A stretch of DNA of 64,000 bases from the IMG/VR virus record IMGVR_UViG_3300025131_000017, positions 1 through 64,000 of that record; one strand, 5' to 3'. The notes below the pieces were generated by a model. The model had not been told where the DNA came from. It saw only the letters and a program-made list of their open reading frames with translations, and did not search any database. How positions within the stretch are numbered: the stretch's first letter is position 1; each line of letters starts with the position of its first letter. The DNA comes from a virus. Below, in pieces: positions 27,844 through 37,432 of this stretch. The position numbers and the translations under genes were made by a program.

Positions 27844-28530
27844 CTATCGGTTCGCTTCAAAGAATGCTTTCGCAAATCCTTGAGGTGTGATACTTCGATA
27901 GTACTTCCTTCCTAAATCTTTCCCACTAGGAGTCGTAAATTCTCCCTTGTCTATTTTATTCTTATAGTACAAACCACTCATTGGTTCTTTGATTCTTTCC
28001 CCTTTTAATAAAGGTGAACCCTCGAACATGTTTATCTTTGATTTATCATAAGATTGTTTTGTGGGTTTGTTAAACCATCCCCATAAATAAGTGTACTTAG
28101 AATAGTAATCACCAAATTCATAAGGGTGAAATTTGAAGAGAGGTTCTCCCAAAAACTTCTTTAGTTTACCTACGGGATTTTCCAATGCAAACCATTGTGG
28201 TTGAAGTGCATATGCAATTCTAAAACATGCATCCACGACTCCTATGCCTTCCACGATTTGTTGGTCACTTCTCTTCCATGCATTTCCTGCAATCGAAAAG
28301 TAAGTACAATCTGGGGCGGCAAGAATGCCTCGAACTCTCCCTTGATACTTCTTTATATCTATCCATTCTCCATTGCCTCGTGGTTCGTCTGAAGATTGTG
28401 ATGGAAATAATCTTACATCATATTGTGGAAAAGTAATTGGTATAACTTCATACTCTCCACTTTCGATATAAGGAATTTCCCAACTTCCACTACCACTACA
28501 AAGGGATAGGATAATTGGTTTCTCATCCAT
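27844..28530 (-). CDS. DNA (cytosine-5) methyltransferase-like protein, short phage type
   Basis: ILSLCSGSGSW (motif I), AAPDCTYFS (motif IV variant), ALENPVG (motif VI), C-terminal RSITPQGFAKAFFEAN; own promoter at 28573-28601. Confidence 0.75.
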   Translation of the reverse strand: MDEKPIILSLCSGSGSWEIPYIESGEYEVIPITFPQYDVRLFPSQSSDEPRGNGEWIDIKKYQGRVRGILAAPDCTYFSIAGNAWKRSDQQIVEGIGVVDACFRIAYALQPQWFALENPVGKLKKFLGEPLFKFHPYEFGDYYSKYTYLWGWFNKPTKQSYDKSKINMFEGSPLLKGERIKEPMSGLYYKNKIDKGEFTTPSGKDLGRKYYRSITPQGFAKAFFEANR

Positions 28531-28584
28531 ATTATTTTCTCCTTGTTGTATGGTTTTATACCTTACATTATTAGTATAACATTT

Positions 28585-28800
28585 TTAACCGATTGTGTCA
28601 ATATCATACTTCCATCCTTTTGGGGCTTTGATATCTCCATTTTCAATCATTGCATGTGCGATTCTACCAAATCTTCCTTGTAAAGACCATGCTAATCCTG
28701 TATCTACAAGATGTTGCCATGCTTCCTTAAGTTCTTCTTCAGTACCTTCTATTATTCCTTCCGCTAGTTCAACGGCAGTTATATTATCCATCTTAATCAT
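28585..28800 (-). CDS. Phage hypothetical protein
   Basis: WQHLVDTGLAWSLQGRFGR motif recurrent in phage early genes. Confidence 0.7.
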   Translation of the reverse strand: MIKMDNITAVELAEGIIEGTEEELKEAWQHLVDTGLAWSLQGRFGRIAHAMIENGDIKAPKGWKYDIDTIG

Positions 28801-28982
28801 TAAACTTCCTCCTCACAAACATCCCCTTTGTTCAACCAAGTTCCATGTTCACACTTGTCTATGATTTCCCAGTTGTCCATGTCGGCTCTACGAAGACCAT
28901 TTTCTATAAGTTGTTCTAGTTCTTCATGGGACCCACTAATTGTGATTTCACTATATTCCACATCTTGATTACATGTTGCCAT
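28800..28982 (-). CDS. Small acidic early protein
   Basis: AAGGAG RBS; promoter TTGACT..TATAAT at 29016-29042. Confidence 0.7.
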   Translation of the reverse strand: MATCNQDVEYSEITISGSHEELEQLIENGLRRADMDNWEIIDKCEHGTWLNKGDVCEEEV

Positions 28983-29049
28983 ATCTTTTTCTCCTTGTAA
29001 CTATTATATTAATATATTATAACAGTTGGTAAAAAAAGTCAAGGGGGTA

Positions 29050-29295
29050 TAAAAAAGAAACCAGCTATGTTCACTACTAAGATTATTATTAGTGACTTTC
29101 ATAACTGGTCTCTAGTGTGGAATGTTTTAAGAAGGTGCAATGCATCGTAAATCATTCCTTCCTTTGCTTCCTTGTATCTCTTTCCCTGCGCTGAGAAGAG
29201 ATGGTTCCACTACAGCAAAAGCAGTTTAATGACATAATGTATTAAGAGAAGCTTTCTCATCTTCAATCCCATACTATTACTTAGGTCAGTTCCAT
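29050..29295 (-). ncRNA. Putative structured small RNA 2 (~245 nt)
   Basis: Consensus promoter TTGACA-N17-TATAAT (29330-29302); long 3' hairpin plus U-tract; nested stems; only tiny ORFs (20 aa or less). Confidence 0.55.
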
Positions 29296-29360
29296 ATTAT
29301 TATTATACTACACTTTTTAGTTTTTGTCAACTCCCGCATCAAGGTCTAAAAATACCCCCG

Positions 29361-29374
29361 TACGATATATCGTA
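29361..29374. repeat. Palindrome CGATATATCG, copy 6 (14-bp perfect)
   Basis: TACGATATATCGTAGAAC, between a minus-strand terminator (29393-29427) and a promoter. Confidence 0.9.
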
Positions 29375-29480
29375 GAACGCTATTTTTCAGGACAAAAAAA
29401 ATCACCTACTAAATTAATAATAGGTGACCTTGTTTTTTATCGGTTGGGGAATTTACTTCCTTGCTTCCTTCCCCTTCCTT

Positions 29481-30233
29481 CTATTTCTTATAACTAAATT
29501 CTATTCCTTCTTTTGTCATAGTCTTTAATGCTTCCCCCGCTTCAGTCCCCTTCCCTTGGGTCCCATGCAGTACTAAGGCAAAAGAACCCTTCCCTGTAAT
29601 TGCGAGCTCTTCGGTTTTATCAACTGGTAAATTCCTTTCCTTTGCTTCCTTAGGATGGAATACAACTTCAGCACTCTTCAAATTAAGTTCATCAATTAAG
29701 GTGTCATGTTTGCTTCCTCTACTTGCATTCATAGAAAAGTTTGATGGTCTACTTCCTTCTAGTTCATGCATCCAATTAATGCTTTTAGTATACGCCCAGA
29801 ATTGAATGTTCTTATAATACCTTGCTGCCCAATACCAAGCTTCCATATATTCCTTACTAAAAAAATCTCCCCCAACATGCACCCTTATATAATTGGCATT
29901 TTGTGGGATTGATTTAAAAATTAAATTTAACAACTCATTAAAAGACTTCTTTTTTAATAAGTCAAAGTTATATTTCCTTTGGTTGAAGGTGTCATTAAAT
30001 GCCGCTTCTTGGGTGGCACTAAAACATCTAAACTTTGTTTTCTTACCTTCTTGGATAGTTCGCTTTCCTGTCTTCTTATTTACCCTTGCATAAGCATAAC
30101 AATCTTCTGCCCCCGGACAGCTATATCCACTTAGCAAACTAAAAGAATAAACTCTAGGGTTTTTAATAGGTGACCATGTTTTTATAGCTTTTAGCTTTGC
30201 ATTCTTATCTTTACTAAACTTTAAGTAATCCAT
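29481..30233 (-). CDS. GP88-like phage protein (radical-SAM-related fold)
   Basis: SFSL.SG.SCPGA..C...CFSA, IRVHVGGDFF and FWAYTKS motifs. Confidence 0.75.
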   Translation of the reverse strand: MDYLKFSKDKNAKLKAIKTWSPIKNPRVYSFSLLSGYSCPGAEDCYAYARVNKKTGKRTIQEGKKTKFRCFSATQEAAFNDTFNQRKYNFDLLKKKSFNELLNLIFKSIPQNANYIRVHVGGDFFSKEYMEAWYWAARYYKNIQFWAYTKSINWMHELEGSRPSNFSMNASRGSKHDTLIDELNLKSAEVVFHPKEAKERNLPVDKTEELAITGKGSFALVLHGTQGKGTEAGEALKTMTKEGIEFSYKK

Positions 30234-30391
30234 ATTATCTCCTTTATTTAATTACTATAACTATATTTTATCAGTTGTTAAAATATTTGTCAACCCCATA
30301 AAAAAACCCCCCTAGCGAAATTATAAACTAGGGGGGCTGGAGTAAGGGTTAATAATAGCCCACCAAAACTATTATTAATCTATTATATTGG

Positions 30392-30775
30392 TTAGACCTT
30401 GGGGTAAGTTTTATTTCTTATTCCATAAGATTGACCATTATACTTAACAAGTAATTTGTACTTCCTTGCTCTCATATTGAACCCCTTAACAATTGCTATT
30501 CCAAGTCCTTCAACTTTAATTTCATCGCCCCTCTTATAGTCAGTAAATCTCTCAAGATGTTCTACTTCCAACTCTTTCCTTACTTCCTCTTGACTCTTCG
30601 TTCCTTCAACCCTTACATTAGTTTTAAAATCAAAAGAATCATTAGTATATGAAAACCTTCCTATTTTAAAAATTATTCCATACTTCCCTGAAACTTGTTC
30701 CAAGGCTACTTCCAATTCTTCCCTTAATTCATCAAGGTTAGAAGGTTTAAATCCATCAATTTTTTTGTTTGGCAT
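30392..30775 (-). CDS. Early hypothetical protein
   Basis: AAGGAG RBS; own promoter (~30812-30840); downstream terminator at 30301-30336. Confidence 0.75.
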   Translation of the reverse strand: MPNKKIDGFKPSNLDELREELEVALEQVSGKYGIIFKIGRFSYTNDSFDFKTNVRVEGTKSQEEVRKELEVEHLERFTDYKRGDEIKVEGLGIAIVKGFNMRARKYKLLVKYNGQSYGIRNKTYPKV

Positions 30776-30954
30776 AATATTCTCCTTAATTATTTTTTAC
30801 CATTTGTTAAATTATATATTATTCTGTTTAAAAAGTCAACCCAGCGAATAGGATTCCTTCCTACAAAATATTTTTGAAAATTTTCTCTTACTAGGTCTTT
30901 TTATTTGAATTTATATAATATTCTTTGTGTAGGTTGTCAACTAAAACCAATTAA

Positions 30955-31311
30955 TTATCTAACTCCTTGATATTGTTCATAGTATTTTTTTTCTTTTGGA
31001 ATCGCATGTAAACAACTAACTTGATAGGTTGATTGATTAACTTTCCAACCATACAAACTGTCATTGTCACATTCAAGACAAGCACCTTTGAGAGCAAGTC
31101 GTTCTTGAATAAAATATCTTCTAACAGGATTAGACCAACTCTTATATGTAGTGTTTATAGGATTGAATTTACCTATAAAAAAATCTACAACTTTCTTATA
31201 GTTTTCATTATCACTTTGGCATTGATTATCACAATACTTGTAACCTTTATAATGTTTGTCTTGCATAACCTTATTGCACCAAGCACATTTTGTTTGTTCT
31301 TTATTAAACAC
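30955..31311 (-). CDS. Hypothetical zinc-binding protein
   Basis: CAWC..YCDNQC..CLEC. Confidence 0.6.
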   Translation of the reverse strand: MFNKEQTKCAWCNKVMQDKHYKGYKYCDNQCQSDNENYKKVVDFFIGKFNPINTTYKSWSNPVRRYFIQERLALKGACLECDNDSLYGWKVNQSTYQVSCLHAIPKEKKYYEQYQGVR

Positions 31312-31380
31312 TTCTTTTTTTCCTTTCCTTGATTATCTTTAGTTTCTTCTTTCTTCGTCTATTAAACATTCTCTTAGTCA

Positions 31381-32103
31381 TTATATTATTCCCCCATCTT
31401 CATCAGTCATCGAGATAACATCAGAATAGATACTCTCTAATGGGTTTCCATCTCCATCCACACACATGGCTGTGACTCTTACATCTGTAGTGTTATTTAA
31501 ATCATATCCAAATACCTCAACGGTTAAGTATCTTCTTTGTGGTCTTATCCTTAGTTCGTCATCTAAGTTTGTTCCATGTAGGATTATCTCTTTAGCCACC
31601 CACACTTTATCTTCTGATATTAGTTTTTCTATATCAGATTTACTTAGTTTGTCCTCATGCCATTCCACTAACTCATCAAGTTCTATGCTCTCTTCTAACA
31701 ATGCTCTTAGTTGGTCTTGGTCTAACTTGAATAGTTCTCTAACAATTGCTCTTTCCATAGGTTCATCATATAGATTTATGATTTCCTCATAGTCTATTTC
31801 CCCACTGGCATCTACTCCTAACTGACAAGCTAACTCTCCTAGAGTAGCACAACCATCATGGTCATTCATAGAAGCTTCTACAAGTTGTTCCACTAACCAT
31901 TCTTTATTTTTATCTAAGTCTCCATAATTATTCTCGGAGAAATATTTGTCAGTCGTTCCTGACCAGTATGCTTCTTCACTAGCAACAACATCATAATCTA
32001 AGTGTTGATTGAATATCTTTTGTACTTCTTCTAGTGACATCTTATTCAGATGTTTAGTTACTACTTCTTTTAGTTGGTTATCTAAATCTTTTGTGTTTAA
32101 CAT
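31381..32103 (-). CDS. Acidic early hypothetical protein
   Basis: 240 aa, D/E-rich; coupled start. Confidence 0.7.
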   Translation of the reverse strand: MLNTKDLDNQLKEVVTKHLNKMSLEEVQKIFNQHLDYDVVASEEAYWSGTTDKYFSENNYGDLDKNKEWLVEQLVEASMNDHDGCATLGELACQLGVDASGEIDYEEIINLYDEPMERAIVRELFKLDQDQLRALLEESIELDELVEWHEDKLSKSDIEKLISEDKVWVAKEIILHGTNLDDELRIRPQRRYLTVEVFGYDLNNTTDVRVTAMCVDGDGNPLESIYSDVISMTDEDGGII

Positions 32104-32753
32104 TATTTCTTCCCCCCATCCATCATTCCTAAATCTAAATCTCCTGCATCTTCCATTTTGGCAACAAGTTCTTCAACCTTAGAATTAAATACTTCTAGGT
32201 TATCTCTTCCTAATTGTCCTATTTGATGAACAAAGAAAGTAAATTCTCCATACTTTGTAGAGTCTTTTAGTCTATGGAATAATAACCCTAATTGAATGTC
32301 CATTATTTTCATAGACTTCAATTGACTATTAATGTTCTTTTGTAGGTTTTTGTTTTTCTTCCTTAGTTCCTCATCAGTTGTTAAAGAATCAAGGTGACTT
32401 TTATTATGTTGCCCCACAATTTGTTCTTTCAACTTTTGGTTTTCTTCCTCTAGTTGTTTTCCTTTTTTGTAGTGTTTAAGATGTAACTTGGCAAGTTTAA
32501 TATTTTCTTCCCTAAGTTTGTTTCTTTCATCTAGGAAACCTTGAGTTTCATTCTCCTCAAGATAAATCCTGTAGTGAGTTGCTTCTTCTTTCCTAGTATG
32601 AGCTCCAAGACTATTTCCACTAAATCTTCTCCACATTTTATATGTGTCTTTGTTTAGATGTTTTGATAAAGTCTTAAATAGTTTGTCAGTTTCCTCATTC
32701 TTTGGAATTTTGAAAACTAGTTTATCATGTATTTTTTTCTTTGGTTTATCCAT
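32103..32753 (-). CDS. Early hypothetical coiled-coil protein
   Basis: AGGAG RBS; promoter at ~32787-32816. Confidence 0.7.
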   Translation of the reverse strand: MDKPKKKIHDKLVFKIPKNEETDKLFKTLSKHLNKDTYKMWRRFSGNSLGAHTRKEEATHYRIYLEENETQGFLDERNKLREENIKLAKLHLKHYKKGKQLEEENQKLKEQIVGQHNKSHLDSLTTDEELRKKNKNLQKNINSQLKSMKIMDIQLGLLFHRLKDSTKYGEFTFFVHQIGQLGRDNLEVFNSKVEELVAKMEDAGDLDLGMMDGGKK

Positions 32754-32847
32754 TAGTTTCTCCTAATCTTTTTTTATTATATCTCTATTATTACACCAAC
32801 TGTTAAAAAAGTCAAGGGGTATATTTCAACCCCCCAACTTTCTCTAA

Positions 32848-33897
32848 TTATTTTACAAAATTTAAAGCACTATTGAATGCTCTTGCTTTTGCATTTGCTC
32901 TTTGTCCATAAAGAGCCGTTCCACTTCCATCCCATCCTCTTCGATAGTCTTCAGTTTCTACGATTGCATTGTAGACTGCCCAAGGAGTGTTTGCATATTT
33001 TGAAAAGTCTTGATTAAAAACATCTAGTCTTTCCTTAGCATTATCCTTGATTCTATCTACTCGTGCTTGTCTTTTCTCCCAAAGTTCCTTTTGTTCTTTC
33101 CTATCACTCAAGATACGATTCCAAACTATTGGAGGAACGTCACCAACACCTATTCCATTTGTATGATTTAACTTTGTTGGTTGTGATGCATTTGGATATG
33201 CGGCACTAAGAATTGCTTCCACTTGTCTTTCCACTAGTGTGGCTTTTGTTAGTGAATTCATTGCTGTTACAACTGATTCCTGTGTCTTTGTCATTTGTCC
33301 AAAAATATCTAAGTAAAATGCTGCATCGTTTTGAATACTTTTTGTGTGTTTTAGATTAATAGAAATCTTTGAACTTCTTAATCCAGTGACTAAAGTATTT
33401 TGACATACAACTCTAACAGGAGTAAAGGCAACTGTTAATGCCCCTGTTCCATCTCTATGGTCAGTTACTAACCAATAAAGTTCATGGTCTTCCCCTGCAA
33501 TTGTACTTTCCCCAGCATCCATAGTTAAAAAGATTTTCTCTCCCTTTCCTATTGCCCCCGCAGTTTCAATTGGGAACTTTTCAGAAATAGGGTTTAACAT
33601 CTTTCCTAACTCTTTAGCTTGGATTGCAGTCCAATCATTTCCTACTGTTGCCAATACTCTTGGCTCTGGGTCTTCTGCTACAGGGTCTCTAACAACTGCA
33701 AATGATTCTGTTGCTAGTTCTGTACCATCTTCCATCTTTACGACTTGTGGATATTTATTTATTCCAAAAAGAATATCAGCTTTTGTCATAGCTTCGGATG
33801 CATTTAATTTTAAGTCTTTATTAAATACTTCTCCTAGTCCATGCCATGCTGGTTCTCTCCGACTAATAAATCTTTCTCCGAATAATGTTGCGGGCAT
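32848..33897 (-). CDS. DUF932 family phage/plasmid-related protein
   Basis: REPAWHGLG, ETAGAI..G.KIF, HRDGTG, TPVRVVCQNTL, TPWAVYNAIVE. Confidence 0.85.
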   Translation of the reverse strand: MPATLFGERFISRREPAWHGLGEVFNKDLKLNASEAMTKADILFGINKYPQVVKMEDGTELATESFAVVRDPVAEDPEPRVLATVGNDWTAIQAKELGKMLNPISEKFPIETAGAIGKGEKIFLTMDAGESTIAGEDHELYWLVTDHRDGTGALTVAFTPVRVVCQNTLVTGLRSSKISINLKHTKSIQNDAAFYLDIFGQMTKTQESVVTAMNSLTKATLVERQVEAILSAAYPNASQPTKLNHTNGIGVGDVPPIVWNRILSDRKEQKELWEKRQARVDRIKDNAKERLDVFNQDFSKYANTPWAVYNAIVETEDYRRGWDGSGTALYGQRANAKARAFNSALNFVK

Positions 33898-34116
33898 ATT
33901 TGTCTCCTTTTTTGCTGAACATTTATTTTTTTACACTTCTAACTTTATCACTTGTTAAAAAATAAGTCAACCATAAAAATACGTACATTTTGGGAATTTT
34001 ATGGAGATTTTACAAATAACCCCTTCATACGAGCCATTTTAAGACGTTCTTTTAATGTAAGTGATATCAAAGTATCACTCGGCTCCTTTGAAGCCCCTCT
34101 ATGAAACCACCTTTTA

Positions 34117-34368
34117 TTATATAGAAGATTTTCTCTTGTTTGGTATAGGTTCTCCAAGATTCTGTCTAAGCAATTTAGTTTCTTCAAAAACTGATTCTGA
34201 AACTTCCCTAATCTTTATGGTCTCTACTCTTATTATAATTGTTTCTTTGAGTAATGCTTTAGACACATCTAAAATATTTACACTTATTTGTAGTATCTTC
34301 CAATTTATAACAACGAGTATAAATGAAAGTGATAGTATTATACTGGAGAAAATTATAGTTAGTAACAT
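34117..34368 (-). CDS. Small membrane protein
   Basis: N-terminal hydrophobic helix. Confidence 0.55.
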   Translation of the reverse strand: MLLTIIFSSIILSLSFILVVINWKILQISVNILDVSKALLKETIIIRVETIKIREVSESVFEETKLLRQNLGEPIPNKRKSSI

Positions 34369-34369
34369 A

Positions 34370-34834
34370 TTAGTAAGGATATTTGGCTTCTTCTGATTCG
34401 CTAGGGTTTGTGATTTCCTCTAGCCTCTTCCCTGCTTCCATGTTCTCTTCATTGATGGTTTTATCTTTGTCTAAGAAAGAACCTTTGTTCTCTTCTTTTC
34501 TATTATCTTCTTCCATCCAAGATTTTTCATTCTTTATTAAAGTGTTAGTAATCTCCTTCAACATTTGTTTCTTCCTTGATTCCCATTTTTTGTCATCGTA
34601 TTTATTAGGAATATTAAATGACTTACCAATATTTTTCTCGACTTCCTGTAAGGTGGCAGTTCTTCCAATTTGTCTCTTTTCATCTAAAATGAAAACAGCA
34701 CCAAGAGCTTGGATTACCTTTCCTCTTTTATAAAACTTTTCGGCATTGTTCTTTGTTATTTTACTTATACCCACAAAGTCAGCTTGAACTTGCAATGCTT
34801 CTTCAAGTGTCTTGGGTAAATTAGGTTGTACCAT
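34370..34834 (-). CDS. Hypothetical protein
   Basis: ORF overlapping the upstream gene. Confidence 0.65.
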   Translation of the reverse strand: MVQPNLPKTLEEALQVQADFVGISKITKNNAEKFYKRGKVIQALGAVFILDEKRQIGRTATLQEVEKNIGKSFNIPNKYDDKKWESRKKQMLKEITNTLIKNEKSWMEEDNRKEENKGSFLDKDKTINEENMEAGKRLEEITNPSESEEAKYPY

Positions 34835-35354
34835 TATTTTCCTCTGCTATGTTATTCTTTTTTAATATGTCCTGTTCAAATTGTGCATTTAAATCAACAT
34901 TCCCTAGTATTCTCTCAAAATCTACTCTTTCTTTCAAGTCTGATTCTAATATTAAAACATATATTTTTCTTAATAGATTATATCCTACAGGTTCATTTCC
35001 ATATGCTTTAAATGATTGACAAACCTCTCTCAATAGAAATAGTTCAGATATGTTAATAGCCATTGTTGAAATCCCTTCATGATTATTAGGGTCGGTTGCT
35101 TGTAATAAAGCCATTCCTATTCTTTGTATTAATTCAAGGGGAACTGCAACTCCTCCACTAGGTTGAAGGGTTTTTGCGGGAAGTTGGTATTTACCTTGTT
35201 CCACCTCATTCTCTAATAGTAAAGTAACAGAGTCAGACAAGAATAAACTTTCAGCTTTGGTTAAAGTAAGATGTTTTACTTCTTCCAGTTTCTGAATAAA
35301 CTTTTTAAAGTCTTCTTCATTCATCCCCTCTGGAAACTTTCCATCATCGTTCAT
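34821..35354 (-). CDS. Hypothetical protein
   Basis: 177-aa ORF with GGAG RBS. Confidence 0.65.
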   Translation of the reverse strand: MNDDGKFPEGMNEEDFKKFIQKLEEVKHLTLTKAESLFLSDSVTLLLENEVEQGKYQLPAKTLQPSGGVAVPLELIQRIGMALLQATDPNNHEGISTMAINISELFLLREVCQSFKAYGNEPVGYNLLRKIYVLILESDLKERVDFERILGNVDLNAQFEQDILKKNNIAEENNGTT

Positions 35355-35769
35355 GGTACCATTTTTCTCCCAAACGGCTTGAGCATCTTCTACAAATATA
35401 AAAAGATTTTTTCATGCCATTCTTAGAAGCCCAGACTTCCACGATTGGTGGGTTGTCTTCATGCCCCCATAGTTTACATAGGATTTTCTTAATCATATAT
35501 ATTATTATACTCTAAGACTCTTAATCTTGTCTATTTGGGTTAATACGTATTTCTATTTCTTGAACCTTACTTTCTAAAATAGTAAGTTTATCAAGAATCT
35601 CTTCGGCTTTTTTATTAATCTCTTCGTATCTCTCACGAAACTCGTCAGACATTTCAAGCATATATGCCATTACATTGGACAATTATATAACTCCTACTAC
35701 ATCTAGTACTATTGAAAAAACTGCGAAGAATACAAAAAATTTAACTGTATCTACTATCATGATGACTCC

Positions 35770-36252
35770 TTAGTCAATTATTTTATTGGATAATATAAGA
35801 ATATCATTTATAGAATTGGAAGTCAAATAATCTACTTTATACTTCTCAAATGCTTTAACTAACTCTAGGTGTGCATTAGCACTTATAAAGTTCTTGACTA
35901 CTAGTAAATATGTACCACAAAAATACTTACCATGGTGGTCTGCATTTAATGTATTGTAATTAATAACGTGTGCCATTTCATGACAAACAGTTGGTCGATT
36001 CTTTGTATTAGGATAGGGAATTACAATTTCTGTTGGGGTTGCATATACCAACTCATGCCCTTCGGTTATAATCTTTGGAACCTGTATCTTACCCCAATTA
36101 GCAATTTGATTTATTACTTCTTTAAATGAACGTTCTATAAGTGTTTTTGGAGACTCCCAGAAAGAACAATCTGCTTCAGCTTCGTAAACTTTCTTACGTT
36201 GATAATCTCTTAGGTGGGTGTTTGGAATATTTCCTATCCAACTCTTTTGCAT
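35770..36252 (-). CDS. Zincin-like metallopeptidase (HEXXH)
   Basis: CHEMAH...HHG.YF motif. Confidence 0.7.
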   Translation of the reverse strand: MQKSWIGNIPNTHLRDYQRKKVYEAEADCSFWESPKTLIERSFKEVINQIANWGKIQVPKIITEGHELVYATPTEIVIPYPNTKNRPTVCHEMAHVINYNTLNADHHGKYFCGTYLLVVKNFISANAHLELVKAFEKYKVDYLTSNSINDILILSNKIID

Positions 36253-36256
36253 AGTA

Positions 36257-36508
36257 TTAGTCCTTCCCTAACCATTCCTTTACTCTTTGTATTCTAGCTA
36301 TCCCAGCTATTATAGCACTTAGTAAAAGTGTCCCAAGTAATAATATAAAAAAATTGACCTCGGTATATCTACCAAGACCAATCAAAATAGAATCTTCAAT
36401 AAGATGAAGAACTGATATAAGTATTGTTATTGAACCAAATTTTTTCACTATATACCCCTGTATTCCTTTATAAACCTTACCTTGTCGGATTATAACAGTT
36501 CTAGGCAT
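36257..36508 (-). CDS. Small membrane protein (2 TM)
   Basis: Two hydrophobic segments. Confidence 0.55.
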   Translation of the reverse strand: MPRTVIIRQGKVYKGIQGYIVKKFGSITILISVLHLIEDSILIGLGRYTEVNFFILLLGTLLLSAIIAGIARIQRVKEWLGKD

Positions 36509-36519
36509 CAGTACTAGGG

Positions 36520-36867
36520 TTATTTATAGTTGTCGTACCCACCATAGGTTCTAGTGTCACCATAACCACTTATTCCAATGGTCTTTAGTACATCATTAAA
36601 CCCATTGTGGTCACCCATAATTGTCCTCATCTCATTGTCTATGAGGGCATCCTTCTTCTCTAGCTCTGCCATTTGTCTATCAAGCTTCTCAGTTAGTTCC
36701 ACAACCCTTCTAGTTGCTTCCATGTGTTGAGCTTGTAACTCTGATATGTTCTTTGCGTTCTCTTCAACAGTACTATCCAGCTGAGCCATATACCAAATAA
36801 TCCCAAAGGCTTGGGCTAATACGATTCCAATAATACCTATGGGTAATTTTATCTTACTTATATCCAT
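36520..36867 (-). CDS. Membrane-anchored coiled-coil protein
   Basis: N-terminal TM helix plus heptads. Confidence 0.65.
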   Translation of the reverse strand: MDISKIKLPIGIIGIVLAQAFGIIWYMAQLDSTVEENAKNISELQAQHMEATRRVVELTEKLDRQMAELEKKDALIDNEMRTIMGDHNGFNDVLKTIGISGYGDTRTYGGYDNYK

Positions 36868-37150
36868 CTACTTACCTATTCTAAGTCCTCTAATTACATA
36901 GTATTCCAATGCTTCCTTTGTAACAAAAAACCCTGCAATCGCAGAAACAGTTATTACTAAAGGCTTTACTAATTTCTTTGTATTCATATTCATTCCCCTC
37001 GTAACTTTTTTATGTTGTTATAATAATATGCATTGTGGTTTTGCATTAGTAGGGTGTTATGTTGTTTCAAACAATCCATACACCAATCAGTTCCTTTTAT
37101 TTGGAACTCTTTTATGGATTCTCTTTCCCCACATATTATACATGCTTCCA

Positions 37151-37432
37151 TTATCGAATAGATGCATCGAGTTGGTCTAACTGCTTTTCTAGATATTCTA
37201 GGGTAACCCCTATGGTATCTAAGTTACCTCTAACTTCTATTAATCCAGTTACACCAGAAGCGTCTTGGGTTTCGACAAGTGCTACTTCCAACCTCTCAAT
37301 GTCTTCTTGCATATTAGATATGTTATTCTGTAGTGTCAGGAACGCCCCAATTGCTGTTATTAGCATTGAAAGACCAAACACTACCATACCCATACTTATG
37401 TTGTGTGTACTATTTCCTATCTTTATTTCCAT
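37151..37432 (-). CDS. Membrane-anchored coiled-coil protein
   Basis: N-terminal TM helix plus heptads; coupled start. Confidence 0.65.
   Translation of the reverse strand: MEIKIGNSTHNISMGMVVFGLSMLITAIGAFLTLQNNISNMQEDIERLEVALVETQDASGVTGLIEVRGNLDTIGVTLEYLEKQLDQLDASIR

Noticed and set aside
23543-29372. CGATATATCG repeats as a CRISPR array
   Set aside because: The repeats are only 10-14 bp, are spaced 0.5-1.9 kb apart and enclose whole genes; there is no repeat-spacer periodicity.
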